Shown: positions 29,413 through 40,439, counted from the first letter of the stretch. The stretch is 59,412 nt of DNA from an uncultured Actinomycetes bacterium (GCA_903844115.1 CAIMSI010000007.1:1-59412); one strand, 5' to 3'. Notes: generated from the sequence alone by a model not told the origin. Numbers and translations: made by a program.

Positions 29413-32400
29413 GTGACGCAGTTTAAAGCGCTCTCTCCTCAGATCGACCTGCCCGCAACCGAGCATGCAGTCCTTTCTTTCTGGGAAACTCAGGAAATTT
29501 TCCAGAAATCAATCTCTGCCGGCAACGGTTCTGATAACTGGACTTTTTTTGAAGGACCTCCCACCGCCAATGGTGTACCGGGGACTCATCACATCGAAGC
29601 TCGAGTATTTAAAGATGCATTTCCTCGTTTTCAAACGATGAAAGGCAAACAAGTTATCCGTAAGGCCGGTTGGGATTGCCATGGCCTACCTGTTGAAATT
29701 GCAGTCGAAAAGGAACTTGGTTTTAATGGCAAGGGCGATATCGAAAAATTTGGAATAGCCGAGTTCAATGAAAAATGCCGTACTTCTGTGCAGCGCCACG
29801 TAGATGAATTTACAAAGATGACGCGACGCATGGGATTCTGGGTAGATTTCGATGAAGCATATTGGACCATGTCACCTGAGTACGTCGAAAGCGTTTGGTG
29901 GTCAATCCAGCAAATTTGGGAAAAAGGTTTGCTTGTTCAAGATCATCGCGTTGCTCCATATTGTCCCCGTTGTGGAACTGGCCTTTCCGATCATGAACTT
30001 GCACAAGGATATGAAACGATTACTGACCCTTCCGTTTACGTACGCTTCCCAGCAACTTCAGGCGCAATCGCCGAACTGGGTGCTTCATTTCTTGTCTGGA
30101 CCACCACACCGTGGACTGTTGTTTCAAACACTGCAATCGCCGTAAACCCTGATGTTGAATACCAGGTCGTCGAAGTTATTCATGAAGAAAAGAGTGAGCG
30201 GCTGGTTATTGCCGCCAACCTCGCACACGTACTCGGTGAAGAACGCACTGTTATCGCTTCCTTCCAAGGAAAAGAGCTCGAGCGAATCACATACACAAGG
30301 CCATTTGATTTTGTCGAGATTCCAGATGCGCATTACATTGTTTTAGCTGATTACGTCACCATTGAAGATGGAACTGGGCTGGTGCACCAATCCCCTGCAT
30401 TTGGAGCCGACGATTTACAAGTCTGCCGCCGATACGGTCTTCCAGTTGTTAATCCCGTAGCTCCTGATGGAACTTTTCTACCTGAAGTCCCACTTGTGGG
30501 TGGTGTTTTCTTCAAAGATGCCGATAAGGCACTCATCAAAGATCTCAAAGCTCGAGGGCTGCTATACAAGCAATTGCAATATGAACACTCGTATCCACAT
30601 TGCTGGCGCTGTCACACCGCACTCCTTTATTACGCACAACCATCGTGGTACATCCGCACCACCGCAATCAAGGATCAGTTGATTCGTGAAAACGAAAAAA
30701 CCGACTGGCACCCTGAAACAATCAAGACTGGTCGATATGGTGATTGGCTCAATAACAACATTGACTGGGCGCTTTCACGAAATCGCTATTGGGGTACACC
30801 GCTTCCTATTTGGCAGTGTGTAGATGGACACCAATATTGCATTGCTTCCCTAGCGCAGCTTTCCGAATTATCTGGAAAGGATGTGCGAAATACTGATCCG
30901 CACCGTCCTTTTGTCGATGACATTACATTCCCATGCACGCAGGCTAACTGTTTAGAAACGATGACTCGCGTTCCTGAGGTAATTGACTGTTGGTATGACT
31001 CCGGAGCGATGCCTTTTGCGCAATGGGGCTACCCGCATAAAGAGGGTTCTGCAGAAAAATTTGCTGCTTCTTATCCTGCTGATTTTATTTGCGAGGCAAT
31101 CGACCAAACGCGAGGTTGGTTCTATACCTTGATGACTATTGGTACTTTGGTTTTCGATGAAAGCTCTTATAAAACTGTTCTCTGCCTAGGGCATATTCTG
31201 GATAAAGATGGACGCAAGATGAGCAAACATCTTGGCAATGTTCTCGAGCCTATTTCATTGATGGATCAACACGGTGCTGATGCAGTTCGTTGGTACATGC
31301 TCGCGGCAGGTTCACCATGGAGTGCTCGTCGCGTAGGACATGATGCACTCTCGGATGTTGTAAGAAAGACTCTTCTAACATATTGGAACACAGTCTCATT
31401 CTTTACGCTCTATGCGAAAGCTTCCGAGTTCACCGTGGACGGTCTGGTCACTAATCCATCAGCAACAATGGACAAATGGATTCTCTCAGAATCGCATGAA
31501 CTCACACGCAAAGTTGAATTAGCCTACGAAAACTTTGATTCACAAGAAGCAGGGCGAATTCTTGCTCAATTCATTGACGATTTATCGAACTGGTATGTTC
31601 GTAGATCTCGCCGTCGATTCTGGGATGGCGATACTTCAGCGCTCTCCACTCTTTACACTTCATTGAAAGTTCTCACTCAGTTGATGGCGCCAATGGTTCC
31701 TTTCATTACCGAACATGTATGGCAAGAATTAATCCGTGTGGCAGAGCCAAACGAAGTTGAATCCGTTCACCTTGCGCAATTTCCGACTGCAGATATGGCA
31801 CGCATCGATGCAAAACTCTCGACTTCCGTTGCCCTTTCACGCAGACTGGTGGAACTTGGTCGAGCAGCCCGTGCTGAGTCAAAGATAAAGATCCGCCAAC
31901 CCCTCGCGCGAGCTCTCATTTCTGCACAAGGTTGGGATTCGATGGATGCTGAGATTCGCTCGCATATAAGTGATGAACTCAATGTTATGAAGATGGATGA
32001 GCTCTCCTCTGCCGGCGGGGATTTGGTGGATATCTCCATTAAAGCCAATTTCCGATCTATCGGAGTTCGATATGGTGCTGATGTGCAAGGAATTGCTGCT
32101 GCAATCAACTCTGCTGATGCAAGTTCACTTGTGAAGTCCTTGCGGGGGCAAGTAGAAACTGCAATTTCTTACGGCAGCAATCAGAGCGCTCTCATCACGA
32201 TTGATGACCTTGTCGTAACCGAAACACCAAAATCCGGTTGGTCAGTCGCTAGTCATTCAGGAGAAAGTGTTGCACTTGATCTAGAGCTCTCCCCAGAGCT
32301 AATCCGGGCAGGTCTTGTGCGTGAAGTAATTCGTGCGATTCAGGAAGAACGTAAAAATTCTGGTTTTGATATTAGTGATCGCATTAGCGTTTCATGGAAT

Positions 32401-32547
32401 GCCCAACCCGATACAGCCGCAGCCATAACTTCAGCTATTGCAGCTATCTCTGAAGAAGTTCTTGCGGTTGCCTTCAATCAAGACTCTTCTCTCCCCGTTG
32501 GAGATAGCGATATTGGACTTGCTCTGAAATTATCTTTAGGGAATTAA
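29413..32547 (+). CDS. ileS: Isoleucine--tRNA ligase (type 2, actinobacterial/eukaryote-like)
   Basis: 1044 aa. Class-I motifs PGTHHIEA (HIGH-like) and KMSKH. GTG start preceded by GAGGAG. Confidence 0.95.
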   Translation: MTQFKALSPQIDLPATEHAVLSFWETQEIFQKSISAGNGSDNWTFFEGPPTANGVPGTHHIEARVFKDAFPRFQTMKGKQVIRKAGWDCHGLPVEIAVEKELGFNGKGDIEKFGIAEFNEKCRTSVQRHVDEFTKMTRRMGFWVDFDEAYWTMSPEYVESVWWSIQQIWEKGLLVQDHRVAPYCPRCGTGLSDHELAQGYETITDPSVYVRFPATSGAIAELGASFLVWTTTPWTVVSNTAIAVNPDVEYQVVEVIHEEKSERLVIAANLAHVLGEERTVIASFQGKELERITYTRPFDFVEIPDAHYIVLADYVTIEDGTGLVHQSPAFGADDLQVCRRYGLPVVNPVAPDGTFLPEVPLVGGVFFKDADKALIKDLKARGLLYKQLQYEHSYPHCWRCHTALLYYAQPSWYIRTTAIKDQLIRENEKTDWHPETIKTGRYGDWLNNNIDWALSRNRYWGTPLPIWQCVDGHQYCIASLAQLSELSGKDVRNTDPHRPFVDDITFPCTQANCLETMTRVPEVIDCWYDSGAMPFAQWGYPHKEGSAEKFAASYPADFICEAIDQTRGWFYTLMTIGTLVFDESSYKTVLCLGHILDKDGRKMSKHLGNVLEPISLMDQHGADAVRWYMLAAGSPWSARRVGHDALSDVVRKTLLTYWNTVSFFTLYAKASEFTVDGLVTNPSATMDKWILSESHELTRKVELAYENFDSQEAGRILAQFIDDLSNWYVRRSRRRFWDGDTSALSTLYTSLKVLTQLMAPMVPFITEHVWQELIRVAEPNEVESVHLAQFPTADMARIDAKLSTSVALSRRLVELGRAARAESKIKIRQPLARALISAQGWDSMDAEIRSHISDELNVMKMDELSSAGGDLVDISIKANFRSIGVRYGADVQGIAAAINSADASSLVKSLRGQVETAISYGSNQSALITIDDLVVTETPKSGWSVASHSGESVALDLELSPELIRAGLVREVIRAIQEERKNSGFDISDRISVSWNAQPDTAAAITSAIAAISEEVLAVAFNQDSSLPVGDSDIGLALKLSLGN

Positions 32548-32823
32548 GTGCGTCAGCTGTGCCAAGATTTGTACAGCAAAGAAGACAATAATGAATGAAA
32601 GATCGATGGCAACTGAGCCCAATCGAAGTGGTGGAATGAACCTACGAGCTACTTTCATAACCGGATCAGTAACGCCGTAAACAAATTCAGCAATGAACAG
32701 AATAACTCCGCGTGGTTTCCACGACTGCGAAAACATTCTCACATAATCAAGAATCAGACGACCAAGTAATGCAAATAAGAAAAGTTGCAGAAGGCTATTG
32801 AGGATTCCCCCAAGACTAAACAT
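32536..32823 (-). CDS. yggT: YggT-family membrane protein
   Basis: 95 aa with two TM segments. Occupies the conserved position after sepF. Convergently overlaps ileS by 12 nt. Confidence 0.85.
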   Translation of the reverse strand: MFSLGGILNSLLQLFLFALLGRLILDYVRMFSQSWKPRGVILFIAEFVYGVTDPVMKVARRFIPPLRLGSVAIDLSFIIVFFAVQILAQLTHLIP

Positions 32824-33329
32824 CAGGATTGGTTGAAGAAACTTGCTTCAGTCGCTGCAACTTTTCCTTCAGTAGAAACACGAACATTTGGTGGAGTCAA
32901 AAGAAATACCTTTGAGGTGACACGTTCAATACTTCCAAAGTGACCAAATACAAGTCCAGAGGCAAAATCAACCAAGCGCTTTCGCTCTGATTCATCCATA
33001 TCACTCAGGTTCATCAGCACTGGCTGACCTTGGCGATACTTTTCTCCAACAGTTCTTGCTTCATTGTAAAAGCGAGGGTGAATTGTAAAAATCTGATCCA
33101 TCACTGGAAGCTCGGCTTGAATCGCACCAGCCTGTTGTGATGCAGCCGGATTTACTTTTGCGCCCGGCGCGGCCCAAGTAGGAGTACCTGATTGTGAGAC
33201 TGCAGAAGGAACAGGTCGAACTGCACGGCTTGGCCGTAGTGGTTGTTCAACTTCTACGACTGGTTGAAGATCCTCTTCGTCATCGACAAGACCGAGGTAA
33301 TTTGCGACGCGCTTAAATGCATTAGCCAT
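32823..33329 (-). CDS. sepF: Cell division protein SepF
   Basis: 168 aa. N-terminal membrane-targeting helix MANAFKRVANYLGLV and a conserved C-terminal SepF domain. Confidence 0.92.
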   Translation of the reverse strand: MANAFKRVANYLGLVDDEEDLQPVVEVEQPLRPSRAVRPVPSAVSQSGTPTWAAPGAKVNPAASQQAGAIQAELPVMDQIFTIHPRFYNEARTVGEKYRQGQPVLMNLSDMDESERKRLVDFASGLVFGHFGSIERVTSKVFLLTPPNVRVSTEGKVAATEASFFNQS

Positions 33330-33338
33330 ACGAGAATT

Positions 33339-34013
33339 TTAAGCGAGTGAAGGTCTTGAACCGAGGATTGAGCTACCTACGCGAATGTGTGTCGCGCCAG
33401 CTTTCAGGGCCTCCTCAAAGTCTCCACTCATTCCCATCGATAGACCCGGCAAACCGTAATGACCCCTCAATACCGAGAGCTCCTTAAAGGCAGCACTGGG
33501 ATTTACAGAAAGCGGTGCCACGACCATTAATCCAAAAATCTTAACTGGACTCTTCTCCAGAAATTGTGGGATCAACTCCTTGGAAATCCCGCCTCTGTGT
33601 TCTGCTTCGGGTTCCAGGTTTATCTGCAAAAAAAATTCCTTACTAGCCGCCGAGGGCGCAGATGCAAACTTGGAGGCATGATCCAATGAATCCAGAGAGT
33701 GAATCACATCCGCCCACTCTGAAATTGAACCAATCTTTCGGCCTTGTACCTGTCCTTGAAAATGCCACCGAGCATCGGCTGGCAACAATGGTTGCTTCTT
33801 GGCACCTTCATCATCTCGATTTTCACCGAAATTTCGAATTCCAAGTTCGTAGAGTAGAACGGCATCCTCGGGTGGAAAAGTTTTTGTAACGACAACCAGT
33901 GTGACCTCCTCGCGCACTCTGTTGGAATCGCTCAGGGTTTTAGCAATCCTATCTTCTACTACTTCAAGGTTGGCTGCTAGCTCTTGCTTACGCATATCTC
34001 TAGATTCACTCAC
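33339..34013 (-). CDS. yggS: YggS-family pyridoxal-phosphate homeostasis protein
   Basis: 224 aa alanine-racemase-N-like fold (LVVVTKT..., FGENR). Fits dcw-distal synteny. Confidence 0.88.
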   Translation of the reverse strand: MSESRDMRKQELAANLEVVEDRIAKTLSDSNRVREEVTLVVVTKTFPPEDAVLLYELGIRNFGENRDDEGAKKQPLLPADARWHFQGQVQGRKIGSISEWADVIHSLDSLDHASKFASAPSAASKEFFLQINLEPEAEHRGGISKELIPQFLEKSPVKIFGLMVVAPLSVNPSAAFKELSVLRGHYGLPGLSMGMSGDFEEALKAGATHIRVGSSILGSRPSLA

Positions 34014-34657
34014 AAGTAAATTACTCCCACTTGCCGGCCTTCCGCCAAATTCTCCGAAAGGGATCGGCGATGAGAATAGAAATCCCCAGATTCTTTCGTG
34101 CAGATTCCCATGTTGAGGACTTCCACTCCTTCGTTGGCTAATTGGCGTGTAACGCCTGCCTGAAGATTTAACTGATGTACTTGCGGATTCGTCGCAGCTG
34201 CTGGGACTGTGGAAACTACCTCTTCATACATCTCGGGGGAAACTTCATAACAATCTGCGCAAATAGATGGACCGATGATTGCATCTATGGCGCTCTCACC
34301 CAAAGATCGAAGCTGGCTTAAAGTGCTTGCAACAATGCCATTGACCATTCCCACGCGGCCCGCGTGAATTGCTGCAACACCATGCGCTGAGCGAAGAAGG
34401 ATAGGCAGGCAGTCACCGACAAGAACCGCCAAACCAACTCCCCTTTGCGAAGTCACAATTGCATCAGAATCAATAGTGGGTATAGAACCATCAACGAGTT
34501 CGGCTCTATTTGAATGCGTTTGCTTCATAAATACTAAACTTTGCAAGGAAAGACTTTTTCGCAAATTCTCGCGCCTTCTCGTCACATCCTCAGGGGCATC
34601 ATTTAAACGCAACCCCAAATTTCCCCAACCAATAGATGTGAAAAGTATTCCAGGCAC
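34010..34657 (-). CDS. pgeF: YfiH/PgeF-family (laccase-domain) peptidoglycan editing factor
   Basis: 215 aa with the conserved H...C...H pattern (MKQTHS, VGDCLPIL, IHAGR). Lies immediately downstream of ftsZ, as in other actinobacteria. Confidence 0.85.
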   Translation of the reverse strand: MPGILFTSIGWGNLGLRLNDAPEDVTRRRENLRKSLSLQSLVFMKQTHSNRAELVDGSIPTIDSDAIVTSQRGVGLAVLVGDCLPILLRSAHGVAAIHAGRVGMVNGIVASTLSQLRSLGESAIDAIIGPSICADCYEVSPEMYEEVVSTVPAAATNPQVHQLNLQAGVTRQLANEGVEVLNMGICTKESGDFYSHRRSLSENLAEGRQVGVIYL

Positions 34658-34663
34658 GAAAAA

Positions 34664-35842
34664 CTACTTCATGAAATCTGGAACGTCTATTTCATCCTCA
34701 GCTACAAGTTCTTCAAATGTGATCCGGCGTCTGGCGGCGGCTGCCGAAGATGAAGTTGAAGAGATGCGAATCGAATCCGTATCTTCATTGATGCCTAGAT
34801 CTAATGCGATAGCTATAGGATCGTTACTAGCTATTGGATTCGCTTCACCTGAGAGAGTAGCTGCATCAATTACAGGCATTGCAACTCTCCTTGGAGCTCC
34901 TCCATCAAAACCAGCGGCAATGACTGTGATGCGTACTTCATCACCCAATGCATCATCAATTACTGTTCCAAAAATAATATTGGCATCTGGGTGTGCAACC
35001 TTGGCTACCATTTCGGCAGCTTCGGAAAGTTCGAAAAGACCTAAATCTGAACCGCCAGCAATAGATAGCAAAACTCCGCGAGCACCATCGATTGACGCTT
35101 CTAATAGCGGGCTTGCAATGGCAAGTTCGGCTGCTCGAGTCGCTCTACCTTCACCGCGAGCTGAACCAATTCCCATAAGTGCTGAACCAGCGCCGGCCAT
35201 GACACTTTTCACATCTGCAAAATCCAAATTAATTAAACCTGGTGTTGTGATCAGATCAGTAATTCCCTGCACACCGGAAAGCAACACTTGGTCTGCGCTT
35301 CTAAAAGCTTCAACAGCAGTGATGGAACGATCGGAAATTGCAAGGAGTCTGTCATTCGGAATAACAATTAGAGTATCAACTTCAACACGAAGGAGTTCAA
35401 TTCCCTCTTCTGCTTGCGTTGTACGATGTTTTGCTTCAAAAGAAAATGGCTTAGTAACTACGCCGACAGTAAGAGCTCCCATATCTTTTGCAATCTTTGC
35501 AATGATTGGTGCACCACCTGTACCGGTTCCGCCACCTTCACCCGCGGTTACGAAAACCATATCTGCGCCACGTAATACTTCTTCAATTTCTTCCAAGTGA
35601 TCGAGCGCTGCTTGGCGACCAACTTCTGGTGCCGCTCCTGCTCCAAGACCACGTGTAGATTTTCTTCCAATATCTAATTTCACATCCGCATCACTCATGA
35701 TGAGTTGTTGTGCATCAGTATTAATTGCAATGAACTCAACACCTTTTAGTCCTGCTTCAATCATGCGATTGACAGCATTAACACCACCACCGCCGATGCC
35801 GACGACTTTGATGACTGCTAAATAATTTTGCGGTGTTGCCAC
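34664..35842 (-). CDS. ftsZ: Cell division GTPase FtsZ
   Basis: 392 aa. Tubulin signature [15 protein letters not shown] start with GGTGAGGAGA RBS. Confidence 0.97.
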   Translation of the reverse strand: MATPQNYLAVIKVVGIGGGGVNAVNRMIEAGLKGVEFIAINTDAQQLIMSDADVKLDIGRKSTRGLGAGAAPEVGRQAALDHLEEIEEVLRGADMVFVTAGEGGGTGTGGAPIIAKIAKDMGALTVGVVTKPFSFEAKHRTTQAEEGIELLRVEVDTLIVIPNDRLLAISDRSITAVEAFRSADQVLLSGVQGITDLITTPGLINLDFADVKSVMAGAGSALMGIGSARGEGRATRAAELAIASPLLEASIDGARGVLLSIAGGSDLGLFELSEAAEMVAKVAHPDANIIFGTVIDDALGDEVRITVIAAGFDGGAPRRVAMPVIDAATLSGEANPIASNDPIAIALDLGINEDTDSIRISSTSSSAAAARRRITFEELVAEDEIDVPDFMK

Positions 35843-36016
35843 GGTTTCTCCTCACCCTAAATCTCTACTTGAGACTTAAAGTTCTACTTATTCGGTTGCG
35901 TAAAAGTAAGACCGCATACACGCTCAAGCAAACACCGACACGATTTATTTACAAATAGTTATGACTGACTTAAAGATCGAAATATTCTCATTAAATCTAC
36001 TTCCCTTTATTTGGGA

Positions 36017-36766
36017 TTACTTCACGATAGGAGAAAGTGGTGAGGACAAATCAAAAAGGTGTGCTTTCGAATTTTCAGGAAGCACCAAAAGTGCCCGTAA
36101 AACTTTAACTTTTGTTGCGATTTCACTGTTGTTCCCCCAACGAACAACCACTTCCCCAGAACCCAATCCAGTATGGGTACTTTGAATCGAATCAATGGAA
36201 TTAACGATGAAAGATTGGGCGTTGTCCAATAGATCAGAAGGAAGCTCCTGAATGTATGTGGCCGCCGCATCTATCAAATCCTTACTGCTTGACTTATCGC
36301 TTGACTTATCGCTCGCCTTAAAAGTGATGACCGGGTAACTCCCATTGCCATGAGCTAAGAAGATAACCCCAGATTTATCAATTAACTGGTTCTGGCCGGC
36401 CCCATCTATGAATTGCGCAATTGGTGTGCGCTCTTGAATCACAATGTGAATTTGGCCGTGAATCCAATCTCGTTTAACGCTTAGTTTTTCTACCCAATCT
36501 AGTAATGAAATTCTGCGTGATAGCGAGTGCACGTCAACGCGGGCAAGTGGCTCGCCGAGGTGAAATGTGGAAGAAGCTGCGACTATTTGAGAATTTACTT
36601 CCGCGGTGCGTTCGGTGCCATCTATAACAACCGCTCGCGCTGCGAAAAGTGTTGACCACCCCAATAAATAAGTTGAAAGTGCTAACAAACAGATTGCCAG
36701 AGCTAAACCTGGGAAATGATTAATTCTCTTCAATCGCAACTTTGGTAACTTTCTAATTTTGCGCAA
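36017..36766 (-). CDS. ftsQ: Cell division protein FtsQ (POTRA domain)
   Basis: 249 aa with a basic N-terminus, one TM segment and an extracellular POTRA-like region. Lies between murC and ftsZ. Confidence 0.85.
   Translation of the reverse strand: MRKIRKLPKLRLKRINHFPGLALAICLLALSTYLLGWSTLFAARAVVIDGTERTAEVNSQIVAASSTFHLGEPLARVDVHSLSRRISLLDWVEKLSVKRDWIHGQIHIVIQERTPIAQFIDGAGQNQLIDKSGVIFLAHGNGSYPVITFKASDKSSDKSSSKDLIDAAATYIQELPSDLLDNAQSFIVNSIDSIQSTHTGLGSGEVVVRWGNNSEIATKVKVLRALLVLPENSKAHLFDLSSPLSPIVK
36289..36312. repeat. 2 perfect tandem copies of a 12-bp unit (ttgacttatcgc), in frame within ftsQ
   Basis: Read directly from the sequence. Encodes SDKSSDKS in the FtsQ extracellular part. Confidence 0.9.
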
Positions 36767-38138
36767 AGCGCTCCTCTAGAGCATTAAGCAAAACCGGAGC
36801 GAGCGAGTTGACGTCGCCAGCACCCAATGTCACGATGAGATCTCCTGGCTCAACTGCCCCGCTAACCTGATCAATTACCTCAATCATCGATGGCTGATAA
36901 TGGAATTTATCTTCACTTTGCCCTCGCGCGATGGTGATTGATGAGACACCTGGAATTGGTTCCTCGCTTGCCGCATATACCTCTAACAAATAGATCTGAT
37001 CCGCCAGATTGAGTGCTTCCCCGAATTCATTGGCAAACATTTGCGTACGTGTGTATCTGTGAGGTTGGAAAATCACAAAAACCTTACCGTTACCAACATA
37101 CCTGCGCGCTGTTTCAAGGGTCACGCGTACTTCAGTGGGGTGATGCCCATAGTCATCGATTACGCGGATTTGGTTCACAGTACCTTTAAGTTCAAATCGT
37201 CGACGAGATCCACTGAATTCTGATAGCCCAGTAAATACATCTGCAAGTGGAACACCGAGGGCATAAGCAGACGCAAGTGCTGCAGCAGCATTGAACAAAT
37301 TGTGTTCGCCAGGGATTGAAAGCTCAAGCTCCCCCAGCACCTTCCCTTTGTGGGTTACGCGGGCTACGCCTGAATTCGGTTCTAAATGAATTCGTGAAAG
37401 TTGGAAATCATTGAATGAGTTTTCACGGCCATAGGTTAAAACTCTTAGGTCTTTGCGTCTGACTTTTGCCAGCAAATTGCGAACATTTTCATCATCCGCG
37501 CAAGCAACCAAGAATCCATCAGGGGAAATGGATTCAATAAATGCCAAAAATGCTTCGGTGAGGACCTCTAGTGATGGAAAGTGGTCCACATGATCCAATT
37601 CCAAATTTGTGATTATTGCCCCAAGCGGCTTGTAGGCAAGAAATGAACCATCAGACTCATCAGCTTCGGCAACAAAAATATCTCCCGAACCTAAGTGCGC
37701 ATTCGTCCCAGAATTATTAATCATCCCACCGATTGCAAAAGATGGGTCCATGCCAGATCGCTGGAGTGCAACAGTGAGCATTGAAGTCGTAGTAGTTTTT
37801 CCGTGAGTTCCGGCCACAGCGACTGATCGCTTTCCTTCCATTACTAATGCAAGGGCCATCGCACGAGGTATTACGCGAACTCCCCGAGCATGAGCAGCAA
37901 GCAGTTCAGGATTTTGTGGTGAAATTGCAGATGAGACAACAACGACATCAGCTTCTAATTGATTCTGCGCTGCATGGCCAATAAATATTTTTGCTCCCAA
38001 AGTATGCAACTGAGCCGTCACGGCACTTTCTTTAGCATCTGATCCAGAAACTACGCGGCCTTGCGCAAGCATGATTCGAGCAATGCCGCTCATCCCAGCG
38101 CCACCTATTCCAATAAAGTGAAAATGCTCCTGGCTCAT
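36753..38138 (-). CDS. murC: UDP-N-acetylmuramate--L-alanine ligase
   Basis: 461 aa with N-terminal FIGIGGAGMSG and the Mur ligase P-loop GTHGKTTT. Confidence 0.95.
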   Translation of the reverse strand: MSQEHFHFIGIGGAGMSGIARIMLAQGRVVSGSDAKESAVTAQLHTLGAKIFIGHAAQNQLEADVVVVSSAISPQNPELLAAHARGVRVIPRAMALALVMEGKRSVAVAGTHGKTTTTSMLTVALQRSGMDPSFAIGGMINNSGTNAHLGSGDIFVAEADESDGSFLAYKPLGAIITNLELDHVDHFPSLEVLTEAFLAFIESISPDGFLVACADDENVRNLLAKVRRKDLRVLTYGRENSFNDFQLSRIHLEPNSGVARVTHKGKVLGELELSIPGEHNLFNAAAALASAYALGVPLADVFTGLSEFSGSRRRFELKGTVNQIRVIDDYGHHPTEVRVTLETARRYVGNGKVFVIFQPHRYTRTQMFANEFGEALNLADQIYLLEVYAASEEPIPGVSSITIARGQSEDKFHYQPSMIEVIDQVSGAVEPGDLIVTLGAGDVNSLAPVLLNALEERFAQN

Positions 38139-39256
38139 GGGCGCAACTCCAAACTTTCAGTAATGAGATTTCCAATTCTTTGCGCGGCGTTCAAAGGAAC
38201 AAGCGGTTCGCGCTTTATTGAGCCCCATTTTTTTCCGGCCGCAACTAAACCTAAAATATGATTGGAGAGGTAACGTGAGGTGAATTCAGTATTCGCCACC
38301 ATCGTCGCCGCGCCAGCCACTACTAAAGCTTCACCGTTCATCTTTTGCTCGCCGTTGCCTATATCAAGCGGTACAAGAAGTGCATATTTACCAAGTGCGG
38401 ATATCTCATGGCAAGTCACCGCTCCACTTCGACTGATTACAAGATCAGAACTGATGTACGCCTCTGGTAAGTCATCGAAATAGTGAATGGCCTTATAGCC
38501 GTTACTGGATTGCGGTAAAACATTGTTGCGCCCAATTCCATGAATTACTTGCAAGCCGCTACGAGAAATCAAATCTCTCGACTCCTCGATGACGCGATTA
38601 ATATGTTGCGAACCTTGCGAGCCACCGAAAACTATGACGATAGGACGATTTGGATCAAATCCCCACTCTTTGCACTTTCGCATCTTGATTTCCTCGCGAT
38701 GTGGCAAATCTGCTTGCGCTAGATCAACTATGGCTGACCGCAGTGGGATGCCTACGACTTGCGCATTAGCCCAAGATTTATCAGCGCTTTTACTCTTTTC
38801 AAAAGCAACAATTGGCTGACCGCCAACTTTAACTCCTAGGCGATTTGCCCATCCAGGAAGTGCGTTTGCTTCGTGGACGATAATTGGAATCTTCTGCAAG
38901 CGAGCCGCCAAATAAACGGGAGCGCATACGTAGCCACCAAATCCAACCACCACCGCAGCTCCATTAATGGCTTTACGAGTTTGGTTTACAGATTGAAGAA
39001 AGAAAAATGGCCAGGTGATTAACTTTGGAGAAATTCCTCGAAGAAGTGGGACTTTCCTTATTAGGTGCAATGTAAATCCGGCAGTTGGGACAAGGTTTGT
39101 TTCCAGACCTTGCGCCGTACCAACAAACTCACATGTGATCTCAGGACGATTAGCTTGCAACCACCGCGCAACTGCCAGAGCGGGTTCAACATGTCCGGCC
39201 GTACCACCACCGGCGAGAATCACTTTGTGAACTTTCGCTCCTGTGTTATTTGCCAT
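38135..39256 (-). CDS. murG: Lipid II GlcNAc transferase MurG
   Basis: 373 aa with the motif AGGGTAGHVEPA. Confidence 0.95.
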   Translation of the reverse strand: MANNTGAKVHKVILAGGGTAGHVEPALAVARWLQANRPEITCEFVGTAQGLETNLVPTAGFTLHLIRKVPLLRGISPKLITWPFFFLQSVNQTRKAINGAAVVVGFGGYVCAPVYLAARLQKIPIIVHEANALPGWANRLGVKVGGQPIVAFEKSKSADKSWANAQVVGIPLRSAIVDLAQADLPHREEIKMRKCKEWGFDPNRPIVIVFGGSQGSQHINRVIEESRDLISRSGLQVIHGIGRNNVLPQSSNGYKAIHYFDDLPEAYISSDLVISRSGAVTCHEISALGKYALLVPLDIGNGEQKMNGEALVVAGAATMVANTEFTSRYLSNHILGLVAAGKKWGSIKREPLVPLNAAQRIGNLITESLELRP

Positions 39257-40439
39257 GACGAACCTCTTTACGCGAAGCGATGGATGACTTTACTTCCGGA
39301 TCGCGACGTAAGACATTCAAAACAAGAGCAACACCAAGAAAATTGGCAATGAGAGATGAGCCGCCGTAAGAAATAAATGGCAACGTCACTCCCACTACGG
39401 GAAAAATGCCTATGTCAGATGCAACATTTACGGTAATTTGGAAAAGCAACCAAGCCCCCACACCAGCACATGCATACCGTGAGAAATGATCTTTTGTGTG
39501 AAGTGCTGTACGAAAAATCCCGTAGATGAGGGCAGCAAAAAGTGTGAGGACCAATAAAGTCCCAATGAGACCTAATTCTTCACCAATGACAGAAAATATA
39601 AAATCTGTATTCGCTTCGGAAAGGTTGCCCCATTTTTGTCGGCTTGCGCCAAGACCAACACCGAATAAGCCACCGCTAGCAAGCCCCATTACCGAGTGAG
39701 CAGTTTGCCAACCGGCAAACTTATATACCTGGGGATCAAATGGATGGAGTACTGCCTGAAAACGATGTAGTCGATTTGGTTGGGTAATAATAAAAGCGGC
39801 TGCAAGCGCAATGCCTGTAAATGCAACTGCTGAAAAATGTCGAACAGGAGTCCCGCTAAGGAAAATCATCGCCGCTGCAATAGCCATCACGATAAGAGCG
39901 GTTCCTAAATCTTTTCCTAACATGATCATCACTAAAAGTATGGATGCTCCCGGCATGAGATAGAGAATAAGTTGCCACGGAGTGAAATTCACATTTGGAT
40001 TCTTAGTGACTCTTTCCTCAAAACGCGTGAGCTGCATTGCGCAAAACAGAATTAGCCCTAACTTGGCAAACTCGGCCGGTTGAAGTGTGAAGGGTCCTAG
40101 GCCAATCCATGATCTATTACCGTTGATCTCTCGTCCGATAAAAGGAAGTTGAGGAAGTAGCAGCCCTAAGAATCCCAAAGGTATTGCAACTCGAGCCATT
40201 TTCTTCCAAATATCTATTTTCATTCTCGATGCGAAGTAAGTAAGACCTAGAGCAATTGTAAGGAATAAAAGCTGCTTGAGGAAAATAGAATAAGTTGAGC
40301 CCGTTTGTTCAAAAGATTTCACTGAAGATGCGGAAAGAACCATCACAAGTCCTAATCCAGAAAGCGCAGTTACTGATGTAAGAATAATAAAATAAGGCGC
40401 AGAAGGTCTAGCCAGAAAATGGGCATATCTGCGCATCAT
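39246..40439 (-). CDS. ftsW: SEDS-family peptidoglycan glycosyltransferase FtsW
   Basis: 397 aa polytopic membrane protein of the FtsW/RodA family in its dcw position. Confidence 0.92.
   Translation of the reverse strand: MMRRYAHFLARPSAPYFIILTSVTALSGLGLVMVLSASSVKSFEQTGSTYSIFLKQLLFLTIALGLTYFASRMKIDIWKKMARVAIPLGFLGLLLPQLPFIGREINGNRSWIGLGPFTLQPAEFAKLGLILFCAMQLTRFEERVTKNPNVNFTPWQLILYLMPGASILLVMIMLGKDLGTALIVMAIAAAMIFLSGTPVRHFSAVAFTGIALAAAFIITQPNRLHRFQAVLHPFDPQVYKFAGWQTAHSVMGLASGGLFGVGLGASRQKWGNLSEANTDFIFSVIGEELGLIGTLLVLTLFAALIYGIFRTALHTKDHFSRYACAGVGAWLLFQITVNVASDIGIFPVVGVTLPFISYGGSSLIANFLGVALVLNVLRRDPEVKSSIASRKEVRHGK

Noticed and set aside
34476-35600. 374-aa plus-strand ORF antisense to ftsZ and the pgeF 5' end
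   Set aside because: It lies exactly antisense to a clearly real, highly conserved gene. Its product is low-complexity (S/A/P/I-rich) with no recognisable domain. A long open antisense frame is expected when the sense gene avoids TTA, CTA and TCA codons.
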